In this document: positions 21,247-32,772 of the stretch, one piece after another
Numbering within the stretch: the first letter of the stretch is position 1
How the letters are laid out: each line of letters opens with the position of its first letter
Assembly (NCBI GenBank): GCA_963724295.1
Contig: CAVRUC010000007.1
Span: 64,001-128,000 of the forward strand
Direction of reading: 5' to 3'
From: an uncultured Chloroflexia bacterium
Lineage (GTDB): Bacteria > Chloroflexota > Chloroflexia > Thermomicrobiales > UBA6265
Length of the DNA: 64,000 bases
Notes under the pieces: model-generated
The model's database searches: none
Seen by the model: only the letters and a program-made list of their open reading frames with translations
Told to the model about the DNA's origin: nothing
Made by a program: the position numbers and the translations under genes

Positions 21247-22347
21247 TTAGCGAGCGGCCGCTCGCCCCTGGGTTGACCCGGGGCGAAAGTCCGATTCGGT
21301 CGTCAACGTTTGGATGAACCCAGCAATGATCCTGGCCGCGTTCTCGAGATCGGAGAGGCTGACGAGCTCATTCGGTGAGTGCATATAGCGATTTGGAATC
21401 GAGATCACCCCGGTGGCTGTGCCGGCGCCAGAGTGGATCATGGCGTCGGCATCGGTCCCACTTGACTTCCCGGTTGCTTGTACGGCGATCTCGATTCCCA
21501 GGGTGCGTGCCGCTTCGCGCATGCCGTTGAACACGCCGTCGTTGATCGTCGCGCCGCGACCGAGGACCGGTCCGCCGCCCAGCTTTACCTCATGGTCGCG
21601 CTTCTTATCGGCACCCGGGTAATCGGTAGCATGGGTGACGTCGATGGCGATGGCAACTGTCGGGGCTACTTTGAACGAGGCGGTGTAGGCGCCGCCGAAG
21701 GTGATCTCTTCCTGGGCAGTCGCCACGGCGTAGACGTCGGCCGCACCGCGGTCCGCGGCGATCAACCGCGCTGCCTCCAGCCCGACGAACGCGCCCACGC
21801 GGTTGTCCATGCTGCGCGCAACGCAGATATCGCCTGTCAGTTCAACGAAGCGCGAGTCGATAACGGCCGCATCGCCGATGTCGACCCGGCGGGCGGCATC
21901 GTCATAGTCGCGCGCGCCGACATCGATCCACATCTCGTCGAGACGGGTTGGCCTGCGCCGATCCTCGTCTTTGAGGAGGTGGGCGGCCTTCTTGCCGATG
22001 ACGCCGATCACGTCACCTTGCCGTCCCGCCACGCGGAGCCGCTGTCCGACGACGACTTGATCATCCCAGCCGCCAAGCGGGGAGAACCACAGGAAGCCCT
22101 CTTTGTCGATGTGGGTAATAACGAAACCAATCTCGTCGATGTGCCCGGCGAGCAGCACCCTCGGCGCGTCGGGCAGGTCGTTCTTCGGTTTCACCCGGGC
22201 AAACGAGTTCCCCACGACGTCATGCGTCACCTCATCCGCGAAGGTCGCAGCTTCTTCTCGCCAAACGTGAGCCGGGGCCGACTCGTAGCCAGATGGGCCC
22301 GGGGCGTCCAGTAGCCGGCGCAGGAATGCGACCGCTCGCTCCTCCAT
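21247..22347 (-). CDS. M42 family metallo-aminopeptidase
   Basis: GPSGYE, GHIDEIG, DNRVG, QEEI, DVTH, GTDA, RYMHSP. Confidence 0.92.
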   Translation of the reverse strand: MEERAVAFLRRLLDAPGPSGYESAPAHVWREEAATFADEVTHDVVGNSFARVKPKNDLPDAPRVLLAGHIDEIGFVITHIDKEGFLWFSPLGGWDDQVVVGQRLRVAGRQGDVIGVIGKKAAHLLKDEDRRRPTRLDEMWIDVGARDYDDAARRVDIGDAAVIDSRFVELTGDICVARSMDNRVGAFVGLEAARLIAADRGAADVYAVATAQEEITFGGAYTASFKVAPTVAIAIDVTHATDYPGADKKRDHEVKLGGGPVLGRGATINDGVFNGMREAARTLGIEIAVQATGKSSGTDADAMIHSGAGTATGVISIPNRYMHSPNELVSLSDLENAARIIAGFIQTLTTESDFRPGSTQGRAAAR

Positions 22348-22474
22348 GGTCAGTCAATTCTCCTCCGCGAGGTGATTAACGTCTCGGGGATGTCCGTGCT
22401 CTAGTCCTGTCGAATCACGAGCAAAACGGCGACGATAGCCACGGCAGCCATTGCCATCACCACCCAAAATCCAA

Positions 22475-23461
22475 TCACGCGGTGAGACGTCCTAGTCGCG
22501 GTACATGCGGTCGAACCACGTCGAGAGCCGTCGCTAGCGTGTCGGAATCCGCGCCAGTGCGAAGGCCGAGCGCTTCCATGCGTCCGATTAGCCGCTCAGT
22601 ACTGAGGTTGCCGGGCGCTCCCGGAGCGAAGGGGCACCCACCGAGACCCCCGACGGCCGAGTCGAAGGTCCGCACGCCGAACTCGAGAGCTTCCTCCACG
22701 TTAGCCAGCGCGGTCCCGGAGGTGTCGTGAAAATGCAGAGCAAGACGTTCGATGGGAATTGAGGACTGCCCTGCCTTCAGTGTGTGTCTGACCGAGTCTG
22801 GTGTCGCCGTCCCGATCGTATCTGCCAGGCATACCTCGTCGCACCCAAGCTCGAGCAGTCGCTCCGCAACTCGAATTGCCGCTCTGACGTCGACGGCCCC
22901 GGAATAGGGGCAACCGAACGAGACCGAGACGTAGCCCCGCACCCAGATCCCGCGCTGCCGAGCGTCCGCAACGACTGGCTCGAACCGCTCGAACGTGCCA
23001 TCGATCGACGCACCGACGTTCGCCTGGGCGAATGCCTCTGTCGCCGACGTGAACAACGCGATTGCGTCAGTCCCTGCTTCCATGGCGCGCTCGAACCCTC
23101 GTATATTCGGAACGAGCACGGGGTAGCGGGTGCCGGCGACGCGCTCGATTCCGGTCATGACTTCCGTAGCATCCGCGAGCTGCGGCACCGCCTTAGGATT
23201 GACGAAGCTCGTTACTTCGATGACCGGCAGCCCGGCGTCGGTGAGCGCGTCGACGAATGCGATTTTCGCAATGGTCGGAATCGGGGAGGCTTCGTTCTGC
23301 AGTCCGTCGCGGGGGCCGACTTCAACGATCACCACGTCGCGCTGTGGAGGGAGCGACGCGCTGTCGCGCGCGGCTCCCTCCATCAATCGTGTGTCGTGTT
23401 GCTCGTACGCGATCGCCTTCCTTTCATTGCCAGCGGCGGATCGCCCGGTCTGAACCGTCAT
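22475..23461 (-). CDS. Hydroxymethylglutaryl-CoA lyase
   Basis: EVGPRDGLQNE, FGCPY, HFHDT, GLGGCPFAPG; start may be 23383. Confidence 0.92.
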   Translation of the reverse strand: MTVQTGRSAAGNERKAIAYEQHDTRLMEGAARDSASLPPQRDVVIVEVGPRDGLQNEASPIPTIAKIAFVDALTDAGLPVIEVTSFVNPKAVPQLADATEVMTGIERVAGTRYPVLVPNIRGFERAMEAGTDAIALFTSATEAFAQANVGASIDGTFERFEPVVADARQRGIWVRGYVSVSFGCPYSGAVDVRAAIRVAERLLELGCDEVCLADTIGTATPDSVRHTLKAGQSSIPIERLALHFHDTSGTALANVEEALEFGVRTFDSAVGGLGGCPFAPGAPGNLSTERLIGRMEALGLRTGADSDTLATALDVVRPHVPRLGRLTA

Positions 23462-24461
23462 CCCCCCGGCGGTGGCGGCAGGGGCGCCGGAGTCGGAGCG
23501 GGGCTCACCGGCTCAGGCGTCCTGGTTGGAGTGGGCGTACTGGTTGCTGGTCGGCCGCGGCGTGCTCGTCGGCCGCGGCGTGCTGGTCGGCGGCACCGGC
23601 GTGCTGGTCGGCGGCACCGGCGTGCTCGTCGGCGGGACAGGTGTGTTCGTCGGCGGGACAGGTGTGTTCGTCGGGGGCACGGGAGTGCTGGTCGGCGGGA
23701 CTGGAGTCGCCGTCGGCGGCACGGGCGTCGCTGTCGGTGGAATCGGTGTGGCGGTAGGCGGCACCGGCGTGTTCGTTGGCGGGACAGGGGTACTCGTCGG
23801 AGGAACGGGAGTGCTGGTCGGAGGCACGGGAGTGCTGGTTGGCACGGGTGTACGCGTCGGAGGAATCGGCGTCTCGGTCGGCTCGACCAAGGGAACGATC
23901 ACGGCGCGAGGGGTTGCAGCTTCCGGCGTCGCGGGCTCGGCCTCAGGAGTAGCTTCAGGGGTGGCAAGTTGGGCAAGGGGTGTTACACCCGCGACGAAGG
24001 GTGAAGCCTCTGGGTGTCGCTGCTCGCGGAGTGGCCGGAGCAATGGGTGTTGCTTCCGGAGTCGCCGCGGGCGTAGCCATGACCGGCGTCCCCTCGGCGA
24101 CCAGCGTTGCAACGGTTGCTATGGGAGTCGCCCCAGGCACAACGGGCGTCGCGGCCTCGGCCATTGGTGTCGCCTCGGTGACTGGTGTCGCTTCGATGCC
24201 AATCGGCGTCGCGGCGATTGGCGTAGCGACCGCCGCGACCGGCGTAGCGATCTGAACCTCAGGAGTTGCCTCCTCGGCAACAGCCGGGGTCGCCTCCTCG
24301 GGGGCCGCGGTCTCCTCGACCAGAGGCACCTCCGTCGCCACAGCCGGTTCGGTCGGAGTTGGCGGAGGCGCTTCGTCACCGCAAGCGGCGAGAATCAAGA
24401 TTGCGGCGGCGCTCATGGTAAGCACCGGAAGCCGGGGACGGGTCGAGCGAAGACCTGGCAT
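23424..24461 (-). CDS. Lipoprotein composed almost entirely of ATP / PTxTPVP repeats; probable frameshifts ~24020 and ~23545
   Basis: Lipobox ILAAC after RPR; ATP repeats then heptad repeats continue across frames; stop at 23513 as read, 23424 if the second indel is corrected. Confidence 0.75.
23540..23885 (-). repeat. Degenerate 21-bp coding tandem repeat, about 16 units of PT(S/N/A)TP(V/I/R)P
   Basis: Visible periodicity with synonymous codon variation. Confidence 0.9.
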
Positions 24462-24607
24462 GGTTGAGCCTCTTCGTGGACGACGGGCGGACCTTCCCCG
24501 ATCCCCCGGACAACGTGCCAACGGAGTCACACCGTATCGTCATCGTACGGCTATGTTGATTTCCTCGCAAGCGGTGTCGTAAATGATGAGCCGCCTAGGC
24601 GCTCTGC

Positions 24608-24636
24608 TTGTAGCAAAGCGCGTGCCCCGGTATACT
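24608..24636 (+). promoter_or_regulatory. Sigma70-type promoter of the tRNA-tuf unit
   Basis: TTGTAG-N17-TATACT. Confidence 0.55.
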
Positions 24637-24675
24637 TTTTCGCGCCGTTCCGAGGCTATGGCGATCTCGGCGCCT

Positions 24676-24756
24676 GGGCGAGTGCCAGAGTGGTTAAATG
24701 GGCCTGACTGTAAATCAGGTGCGAAAGCTACGGTGGTTCGAATCCGCCCTCGCCCA
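24676..24756 (+). tRNA. tRNA-Tyr (GTA)
   Basis: Acceptor GGGCGAG/CTCGCCC, anticodon arm CCTGA-CTGTAAA-TCAGG, long variable arm, GTTCGAATC. Confidence 0.96.
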
Positions 24757-24794
24757 CCGACTGCCGGTGTAGACTCGCGCGGTCGCTGCCACGG

Positions 24795-24867
<73 letters not shown>

Positions 24868-24886
24868 CCTGCGAAGGTTCGGCGGC

Positions 24887-24910
24887 GAGAGGCTCTATTG
24901 AGCCTCTTTT
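24887..24910 (+). terminator. Intrinsic terminator-like hairpin between tRNA-Thr and tuf
   Basis: GAGAGGCTC-TATT-GAGCCTC-TTTT. Confidence 0.65.
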
Positions 24911-24982
24911 CGTGTTGCGCGGACCGCTAGATGTGTTGATGTAGGACGTCATCCTGAATGGATGAGAGGAGCAAACGGGACC

Positions 24983-26183
<1,201 letters not shown>

Positions 26184-26289
26184 GCCACAAGTGGTATCAT
26201 CATCGTTCGGCGCCCGCATCGCGGGCGTCCAACGACGCGCGTCTTGAATCAGCATTGCCAAGCGCGGGCCTAATTGAGGACACACGAGG

Positions 26290-26460
26290 ATGGCGAAAAA
26301 GGGTAAGGCCGATCGGATCGTAATTACGCTCGAGTGCACTGAGTGCCGCGAGCGAAACTACACGAGCGAGAAAAACCGCCGCAACGATCCGTCACGGCTC
26401 GAGTTGAAAAAGTTCTGCCCGCGCTGCCGCGCGCATCACTTGCATCGCGAGACGCGCTAG
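26290..26460 (+). CDS. rpmG: 50S ribosomal protein L33, zinc-ribbon form (56 aa, below ORF-track cutoff)
   Basis: Hand translation [56 protein letters not shown]. Confidence 0.96.
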   Translation: MAKKGKADRIVITLECTECRERNYTSEKNRRNDPSRLELKKFCPRCRAHHLHRETR

Positions 26461-26493
26461 GGCAGGGAGACGATTCGCTTCGCGCCACGACCT

Positions 26494-26569
26494 AGGGCTG
26501 TAGCTCAATTGGTAGAGCAGCGGTCTCCAAAACCGCAGGTTGCAGGTTCGAGTCCTGTCGGCCCTGCCA
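26494..26569 (+). tRNA. tRNA-Trp (CCA)
   Basis: Anticodon arm GCGGT-CTCCAAA-ACCGC, GTTCGAGTC, encoded 3' CCA; between rpmG and secE. Confidence 0.96.
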
Positions 26570-26678
26570 GGTGGTGGAGCGGCGAAGCGGATGGATGGGG
26601 GCGTTACCACGGTGGGACGCCCCCGAAAAATGTTCGGTGAACCGGAACTGAGAGCGGTTCCGGAGAGGGCGACACGTG

Positions 26679-26993
26679 ATGAGCAGCCAACCCCCGTCAG
26701 TCGCCAAACCACGCAGCGCTTCGCCAACGAGCCGCGCTGAGGCGGCGCGCCCGCCGAAACCAACGGTTGAGCGGGAGCGACAAGGTGAGTCCGAGCGAAG
26801 CGCCTATGGCTCTCGGATCAACCAGATCAAGAAGCAGTGGTTCGACACAGTTGCTGAGTTGAAGAAGGTCACATGGCCCGACAGGGAAACGACGAAAAAT
26901 CTGACGCTGGTAGTGATTGGCATCTCCGCGGTCCTGGGCGCTCTGCTGGGCGGCCTCGATTGGGTACTACAGCAGTTGTTTGCGTTGCTCTGA
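26679..26993 (+). CDS. secE: Preprotein translocase SecE
   Basis: ELKKVTWP followed by one TM helix; upstream of nusG. Confidence 0.92.
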   Translation: MSSQPPSVAKPRSASPTSRAEAARPPKPTVERERQGESERSAYGSRINQIKKQWFDTVAELKKVTWPDRETTKNLTLVVIGISAVLGALLGGLDWVLQQLFALL

Positions 26994-27032
26994 TGAATGG
27001 CCGGCGTCCCTTCGTGCGAGGAGGTGACTGAG

Positions 27033-27632
27033 ATGTCACGAGTGTCACTCCGTGAGCGGCTGATTGCGAAGCGTGCCAATGAGGCTGGAGAGGAAGCTGA
27101 GCCGCTCGAAGGTCAGTGGTACGTCCTGCATACCTATTCGGGGTACGAAAACAAGGTCAAGAAGTCGATCGAGACCCGCATCGAGGCCCTCGATCTGACC
27201 GACCGGGTCTACGAGATCGTCGTTCCTACTCAGGACGAGATCGAGATACGATCCGGACAACGGCACACGGTGCAGAAAAAGGTCTTCCCCGGCTATGTGC
27301 TGGTGCGCATGGAGATGGATGACGACACCTGGTATGCCCTGCGTAACACTCCGGGGGTGACGGGGTTCGTCAACATCAACAACGTGCCGGTTCCTCTGCC
27401 GGACTCAGAGGTGCAAAGCATCATCAAGGGCATGACCGCGGAGGCGCCGCGAGTCAAGATTTCGTTCCAGGTAGGCGACACGGTGCGCATCACCGATGGT
27501 CCATTTGCCGACTTTCGCGGTGAGATCGACGAGATTAGCCAGGAGAAGGGCAAGATCCGCGTGCTCGTCTCGTTCTTCGGACGGGAAACGCCGGTCGAGC
27601 TCGACTTCCTACAGGCCGAGCGGGAATCGTAG
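27033..27632 (+). CDS. nusG: Transcription factor NusG
   Basis: WYVLHTYSGYENKV, FPGYVLV, KOW domain, FGRETPVEL. Confidence 0.97.
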   Translation: MSRVSLRERLIAKRANEAGEEAEPLEGQWYVLHTYSGYENKVKKSIETRIEALDLTDRVYEIVVPTQDEIEIRSGQRHTVQKKVFPGYVLVRMEMDDDTWYALRNTPGVTGFVNINNVPVPLPDSEVQSIIKGMTAEAPRVKISFQVGDTVRITDGPFADFRGEIDEISQEKGKIRVLVSFFGRETPVELDFLQAERES

Positions 27633-27703
27633 CGACGTAGCGACACCGAGCTGGCTCGTGGATCACCGCTCGCCTGGCTCGACGTGCGAGGAGAATCAGA
27701 ACC

Positions 27704-28129
27704 GTGGCAAAACGCGTGAGGGGATACGTCAAACTTCAGATTCCGGCCGGAAAGGCGACGCCGGCGCCGCCGATTGGTCCTGCCCTGGGTCAGCACGGCG
27801 TGGCGATCATGGAGTTCTGCAAGCAGTACAACGAGCGCACGCAGGCGATGGCCGGTCAAATCGTGCCCGTCATGATCACGGTCTATGAGGACCGATCCTT
27901 CACATTCGTAACCAAGACACCCCCGGCGGCCGACCTGTTGCGCCGGGCGGCGGGAGTCGAAAAGGGATCTGGCAGGCCCAATACCCAAAACGTCGGTCGG
28001 GTTACTGGAGATCAGATTCGAGAGATCGCCGAAGTCAAGATGCGCGATCTGAATGCCGTCGATCTTGATGGCGCCATCAAACAGGTCGAGGGTACCGCAC
28101 GCAGCATGGGGATTGAGGTGGTAGCGTAG
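27704..28129 (+). CDS. rplK: 50S ribosomal protein L11
   Basis: [30 protein letters not shown]. Confidence 0.98.
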   Translation: MAKRVRGYVKLQIPAGKATPAPPIGPALGQHGVAIMEFCKQYNERTQAMAGQIVPVMITVYEDRSFTFVTKTPPAADLLRRAAGVEKGSGRPNTQNVGRVTGDQIREIAEVKMRDLNAVDLDGAIKQVEGTARSMGIEVVA

Positions 28130-28154
28130 GACCGACGATCGGTCCAGCACACGA

Positions 28155-28185
28155 GTGGGAGGGGTACGCGCCCCGGTAGCACCAC
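28155..28185 (+). promoter_or_regulatory. Putative L1-binding autoregulatory leader
   Basis: GTGG-GA-GGGG-loop-CCCC-GGTAGCA-CCAC: two stems with an asymmetric internal loop, abutting the rplA Shine-Dalgarno. Confidence 0.7.
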
Positions 28186-28197
28186 AGGAGGATGAGC

Positions 28198-28923
28198 ATG
28201 CCGAAGCACGGAAAGAAATACCTCGAGGCCGGGAAGAAGATCGATTCCGACAGACTCTATGCTCCCGATGAAGCGGTGAGCTTGCTGCGAGACATTACCT
28301 TCGCCAACTTCGATGAGACGATCGAGGTGCACGCCCGGCTCGGCATCGATCCGCGGCAAGCCGATCAGACCGTTCGTTCCACGGTCGTACTTCCTCATGG
28401 CACCGGGAAAACAGTCCGGGTCCTCGTATTCGCGGCCGGCGAAGCGGAGCGGGTAGCACGAGATGCCGGAGCCGATTTCGCCGGTGTCGACGATCTGGTG
28501 CAGCAGATTCAGGGTGGTTGGTTGGAGTTCGACGCCGCGATAGCCATGGCCGATCAGATGGGCAAGGTCGGCGGGCTGGGACGCATCCTGGGGCGCCGCG
28601 GTCTGATGCCGAATCCGCGCTCCGGCACGGTGGTGCGTGACGTAAGCGATCTTCCCGGGGTTCTCTCGGAACTCAAGGGCGGTCGCGTCGAGTTCCGCAA
28701 TGACCGCACTGGCATCGTCCACCTCGGTATCGGGCGCAAGAGCTTTAGCGACGTCCAGATCCGGGGCAACCTCTTTGCGTTTGTCGACGCGCTGCAGCGA
28801 GCGAAGCCGACTGGCGCCAAGGGCGTCTACCTGCGTACACTGACAGTCAAGAGCACGATGTCCCCTGGCATTCATCTCGATGTCCCGGCGACGGTGGCAG
28901 CGGCCGGCGAGGCCGCGGCCTAG
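28198..28923 (+). CDS. rplA: 50S ribosomal protein L1
   Basis: FDETIE, LPHGTGK, LGRILG.RGLMPNP. Confidence 0.98.
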   Translation: MPKHGKKYLEAGKKIDSDRLYAPDEAVSLLRDITFANFDETIEVHARLGIDPRQADQTVRSTVVLPHGTGKTVRVLVFAAGEAERVARDAGADFAGVDDLVQQIQGGWLEFDAAIAMADQMGKVGGLGRILGRRGLMPNPRSGTVVRDVSDLPGVLSELKGGRVEFRNDRTGIVHLGIGRKSFSDVQIRGNLFAFVDALQRAKPTGAKGVYLRTLTVKSTMSPGIHLDVPATVAAAGEAAA

Positions 28924-28953
28924 GGGTTCGGCTCGGCACAACCAACGATCTGT

Positions 28954-29080
28954 CCCGGCCGAAGACCGTCGGTGCGGCGTTTTTGCCGCTTAATTTCCGA
29001 CCGAGGCCCGGAAGTGCTCATGGCGAGGCGAACTCTGCCTTCCTGCGCCCCGGGTCGATCTGACCCGGGGCCGTTTCGTT
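28954..29080 (+). promoter_or_regulatory. L10 leader with downstream terminator-like hairpin
   Basis: GAAGAC-CGTCGG...TTAA...CCGAC-CGAGG core, then GCCCCGGGTC-GATCT-GACCCGGGGC-CGTTT. Confidence 0.8.
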
Positions 29081-29115
29081 GGCGGTAACGCCACCGAGGA
29101 AGGAGGTGAATTTCG

Positions 29116-29649
29116 ATGCCAACTCGTCAGAAGGCGAAAACCATCGACCAGCTATCCGATCAACTGACCCGGGCGAACCTGGTGATCGTTACGGATTACC
29201 GCGGACTCAAGGTCGCGGATCTGCAGACACTGCGCGGCAATCTGCGCCCGTCTGGGGCTGAATTCCACATCGCCAAGAACACACTGACCCGCATCGCCGC
29301 CGGAAACGCCGGCGTCGTGGGGCTCGATCCATTGCTCGAGGGTCCGTCCGCGCTGGTCTTCTCATTCGAAGATGCGGTGCAGACAGCGAAGGCGGTCAGC
29401 GACTTCGTTCGCACGTCCCGAATTCTTTCGGTCAAGGGCGGCGTGATGGGTGACCGCGCAGTCTCGGCTGCGGACGTGGAGACGATCGCCACGCTGCCGT
29501 CGCGAGAAGAGCTGCAGGCGCGGCTCCTCGGGATGCTGGTCTCGCCGATGGCACGGACCCTTTCGGTCCTGTCCGGTCCGTCCCGCTCGATGGTCTACGT
29601 GCTCAACGCTCGGGTCGAGCAGCCGGAGCTAGCGCAGGCCACGGGATAA
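29116..29649 (+). CDS. rplJ: 50S ribosomal protein L10
   Basis: DYRGL, KNTL, LPSREEL; synteny. Confidence 0.96.
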   Translation: MPTRQKAKTIDQLSDQLTRANLVIVTDYRGLKVADLQTLRGNLRPSGAEFHIAKNTLTRIAAGNAGVVGLDPLLEGPSALVFSFEDAVQTAKAVSDFVRTSRILSVKGGVMGDRAVSAADVETIATLPSREELQARLLGMLVSPMARTLSVLSGPSRSMVYVLNARVEQPELAQATG

Positions 29650-29743
29650 AGCACAGGCCTAGGTGCCCGAGTGGGCGCCTCATTTCGAACGACTGAAGCA
29701 TACGCTGGCCCGCCATCGGGCCCGAAACTCAAGGAGTAAGAAC

Positions 29744-30127
29744 GTGGATCAGGAGCAAGTCATCACCACGCTCGAGGGCATGACGGTTCTCGAACTCAAC
29801 GCCCTCGTCAAGCAACTGGAAGAGCGCTGGGGCGTCAGCGCGGCGGCGCCGATGGCCGTGGGCGTGGCGGCCGGTGCTACAGGTGGCACGGCGGCAGCGG
29901 CTCCGGAAGAGGAGCAAACTGAATTCGACGTCATGCTCACCGAGATCGGCGCGAACAAGATTCAGGTCATCAAGGCGGTACGGGAGCTGACGCAACTCGG
30001 TCTCAAGGAGGCCAAGGACCTCGTCGACAGCGCGCCCAAGGCCGTACGACAGGGCGTCTCGCGGGAAGAGGCCGACGCGGCCAGAGCCAAGCTGGAAGAA
30101 GCGGGAGCGACCGTCCAGGTCCAGTAG
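29744..30127 (+). CDS. rplL: 50S ribosomal protein L7/L12
   Basis: [34 protein letters not shown] after AAGGAG. Confidence 0.97.
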   Translation: MDQEQVITTLEGMTVLELNALVKQLEERWGVSAAAPMAVGVAAGATGGTAAAAPEEEQTEFDVMLTEIGANKIQVIKAVRELTQLGLKEAKDLVDSAPKAVRQGVSREEADAARAKLEEAGATVQVQ

Positions 30128-30186
30128 CCTCGCCAACGCGCGTAGAGTGGAGAGTCGCCGACTCGTGCTGGCGGCTCTCCATTGAG

Positions 30187-30215
30187 TTGACAGTCGATAG
30201 GCCGGCTGCTACAGT
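30187..30215 (+). promoter_or_regulatory. Sigma70-type promoter of the trp operon
   Basis: TTGACA-N17-TACAGT with extended TG. Confidence 0.75.
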
Positions 30216-30242
30216 CGGCCGACAATCGAAGAGCGTAACGAC

Positions 30243-30530
30243 GTTGATCGGAGCGAGTAGGCGCCGCCAACTGTGGGCGGAGCGATCCGGGGATGGTGCA
30301 AGCCCGGAGCCCCTGTGGCGCCGAATGGGTCCGTGAGTCGCGTCCCGAACAGTCGCAAGACCGAGTAGGCGGCGCCGAAAACTCCCCCGTTACAGGGAGG
30401 CGCGTGATCCTTGGCGGCAACGCCCGTCGCGCGGCAGAGTGGGATCCGGAGTGACCCGGATCCAACGAGGGTGGTACCGCGGAGCGTTTCCTACGCCTCC
30501 GTCCCTTCTGGGACGGGGGTTTTTTTGTTT
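30243..30530 (+). ncRNA. T-box riboswitch, Trp specifier, transcriptional
   Basis: AGTA GA-motif, GGTG distal loop, GAA-TGG specifier (30326-30328), CCGTTA, GGGTGGTACCGCG, terminator 30496-30526. Confidence 0.92.
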
Positions 30531-30558
30531 TCGGTGAGAGCGCGGTGAGGAGGTAGCG

Positions 30559-32148
30559 ATGATCCAAGCGATAAAGACCGGTTCCAACACGCGGGGGCGG
30601 TCGGAGCGCTGGTCGACGCGACCTTCTCTGGAAGAGGTTGCCGCGATCGCAGGCGACGACAATGAGATCCGGGCGGTGCCCATCTTTCGCGAGGTAATGG
30701 CGGACTTGGAGACTCCCGTCAGCGCCTATCTCAAGATCCGCGGCTCCGGCCCGGCCTTCTTGCTCGAGAGCATCGAGGGCGGCGAGCGACTGGCGCGTTA
30801 TTCGTTCATTGGGTCCGAGCCGATCGCGCTGCTCACCATGCGCGGCGGCGTGGCGACACTGGAATCTGTAGGCGGGCAGAAAACCGCCACGCCATACGAT
30901 GATCCGCTAGTGCCGCTAGCGGAGTTGGTTGCCGCCCGTCGGGCGCCCGAGATGCCGGATCTCCCCCTCCCACGGTTTACCGGCGGTGCGGTCGGGTATC
31001 TCTCCTACGAAGCGGTCAGAGCATTTGAACCGCGAGTGCCGTCAGCACCGGGAGCCGGACTCGACCTTCCGGACGGGGTCTGGATGCTGACCGACGCCTT
31101 ACTGGTGTTCGACCACCTGGCGAGGACGATCAAGGCGGTGGCCCACGTCCCTCTGGACGAAGACCTGCCCCTCGCCGAGGCCTACGAGCGAGCCGAAGCG
31201 AGGATCAACGAGCTCATCACCCGCCTGCGCACTGAGCAACCGGCCATGCCGATCGGCGGCGAGCTATCGCTGCGCACCGCTGAAGAGCGGCAAGTACCGA
31301 ACACCTCGCGGGAGCGGTACCTGGAGATGGTGAAAACGGCGCGGGAATATATTGCGGCCGGGGATATCTTCCAGGTCGTTCTCTCGCAGCGCGTCGACGT
31401 CGCCAGTAACGTCCACCCGTTCACGGTCTATCGCGCCTTGCGCACGATCAACCCGTCGCCGTACATGTTCTACCTCGACTTCGTCGACCATCAGATCGTG
31501 GGGGCCTCGCCTGAGCTGCTCGTTCGCCTGGAGGGCCGCACCGTGGCCAATCACCCAATCGCGGGAACCCGACCGCGGGGAGCCACGCCGGCGGAGGACG
31601 AGGCTTTCGCCAGCGACCTCCTGGCGGATGACAAAGAGCGAGCGGAGCACGTCATGCTGGTCGATCTCGGCCGCAATGATATCGGCCGTGTCTCGGCGCC
31701 GGGAACAGTCAGCGTGCCTCGCTTCATGGAGATCGAACGCTACTCCCACGTGATGCACATCGTCAGCAACGTCGAGGGCGAGATCGCGGAAGGACTCAGC
31801 GGACTCGACGCATTGCGGGCGTGCTTCCCGGCCGGCACCGTGTCCGGCGCGCCAAAGATCCGCGCTATGGAGATCATTGCCGAGCTGGAGACGGATCGCC
31901 GTGGCCCCTACGCGGGAGCAGCCGGCTACGTCGACTTCTCGGGTGGGATGGATACCGCGATCGCGCTGCGCACGATGGTGATCAAGGACGGGGTCGTGTC
32001 GATGCAAGCTGGAGGCGGAATTGTCGCGGACAGTACGCCAGAAGGCGAGCATGCGGAATCACTGCACAAGATGCGGGGTCCATTGCGCGCCATCGAGCTG
32101 GCCGAGGAGCTGGAGGCGAGTGAGCGGGCGCTGGGAGCCGGACGATGA
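30559..32148 (+). CDS. trpE: Anthranilate synthase component I
   Basis: [43 protein letters not shown]. Confidence 0.96.
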   Translation: MIQAIKTGSNTRGRSERWSTRPSLEEVAAIAGDDNEIRAVPIFREVMADLETPVSAYLKIRGSGPAFLLESIEGGERLARYSFIGSEPIALLTMRGGVATLESVGGQKTATPYDDPLVPLAELVAARRAPEMPDLPLPRFTGGAVGYLSYEAVRAFEPRVPSAPGAGLDLPDGVWMLTDALLVFDHLARTIKAVAHVPLDEDLPLAEAYERAEARINELITRLRTEQPAMPIGGELSLRTAEERQVPNTSRERYLEMVKTAREYIAAGDIFQVVLSQRVDVASNVHPFTVYRALRTINPSPYMFYLDFVDHQIVGASPELLVRLEGRTVANHPIAGTRPRGATPAEDEAFASDLLADDKERAEHVMLVDLGRNDIGRVSAPGTVSVPRFMEIERYSHVMHIVSNVEGEIAEGLSGLDALRACFPAGTVSGAPKIRAMEIIAELETDRRGPYAGAAGYVDFSGGMDTAIALRTMVIKDGVVSMQAGGGIVADSTPEGEHAESLHKMRGPLRAIELAEELEASERALGAGR

Positions 32149-32753
32149 TCTTGCTACTCGATAACTATGACTCCTTTACCTTCAACCTCTATCAAGCACT
32201 GAGCGAGCTCGGGGCGGAGGTCATCGTGCGCCGCAACGATGCGGTCACGGTCGACGATGTCGAGCGGTTGGCGCCGACCCTGGACGGAATCGTCATTTCC
32301 CCGGGACCGTGCACACCGAGCGAAGCCGGTATCTCCGTCCCGCTAGTGCAGCGGCTCGCCGGCGCCGTGCCGATCCTCGGCGTCTGCCTCGGACATCAGG
32401 CAGTCGGTGCGGCGTTCGGCGGGACGATCGTCCGCGCGCCACGGCTGATGCACGGCAAGGTCTCGATGATCGCCCACGACGGCGCAGGCGTCTTCAGCGG
32501 ACTTCCGAATCCGTTTCAGGCCACCCGATATCACTCATTGATCGTGGAGCGATCAACCCTGCCGCCTGAGCTTGAAGTCACGGCCGAGGCCGACGGTCTC
32601 GTCATGGGCCTGCGGCATCGCACGCTGCCTATCGAAGGCGTTCAGTTCCATCCAGAATCCATTTTGACGCCCACTGGCAACGACCTGCTCGCCAATTTCC
32701 TGGGTCGGAGGGCGCCGATGCGGGACCTGGCCATTGCGAACACCTACGGCTAG
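32145..32753 (+). CDS. trpG: Anthranilate synthase component II
   Basis: [28 protein letters not shown]. Confidence 0.95.
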   Translation: MILLLDNYDSFTFNLYQALSELGAEVIVRRNDAVTVDDVERLAPTLDGIVISPGPCTPSEAGISVPLVQRLAGAVPILGVCLGHQAVGAAFGGTIVRAPRLMHGKVSMIAHDGAGVFSGLPNPFQATRYHSLIVERSTLPPELEVTAEADGLVMGLRHRTLPIEGVQFHPESILTPTGNDLLANFLGRRAPMRDLAIANTYG

Positions 32754-32772
32754 CGCAGAGGAGGTGCGGTTC

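Noticed and set aside
23540..23885. Possible CRISPR array
   Set aside because: The units are contiguous, in-frame 21-bp coding repeats with synonymous variation, no unique spacers and no cas genes.
23472..24467. Plus-strand Gly/Val-rich ORF (GGTGVLV repeats) and other long antisense ORFs such as 45068-46783
   Set aside because: They are shadows of real opposite-strand genes in high-GC DNA; the minus-strand gene has the Shine-Dalgarno and lipobox.
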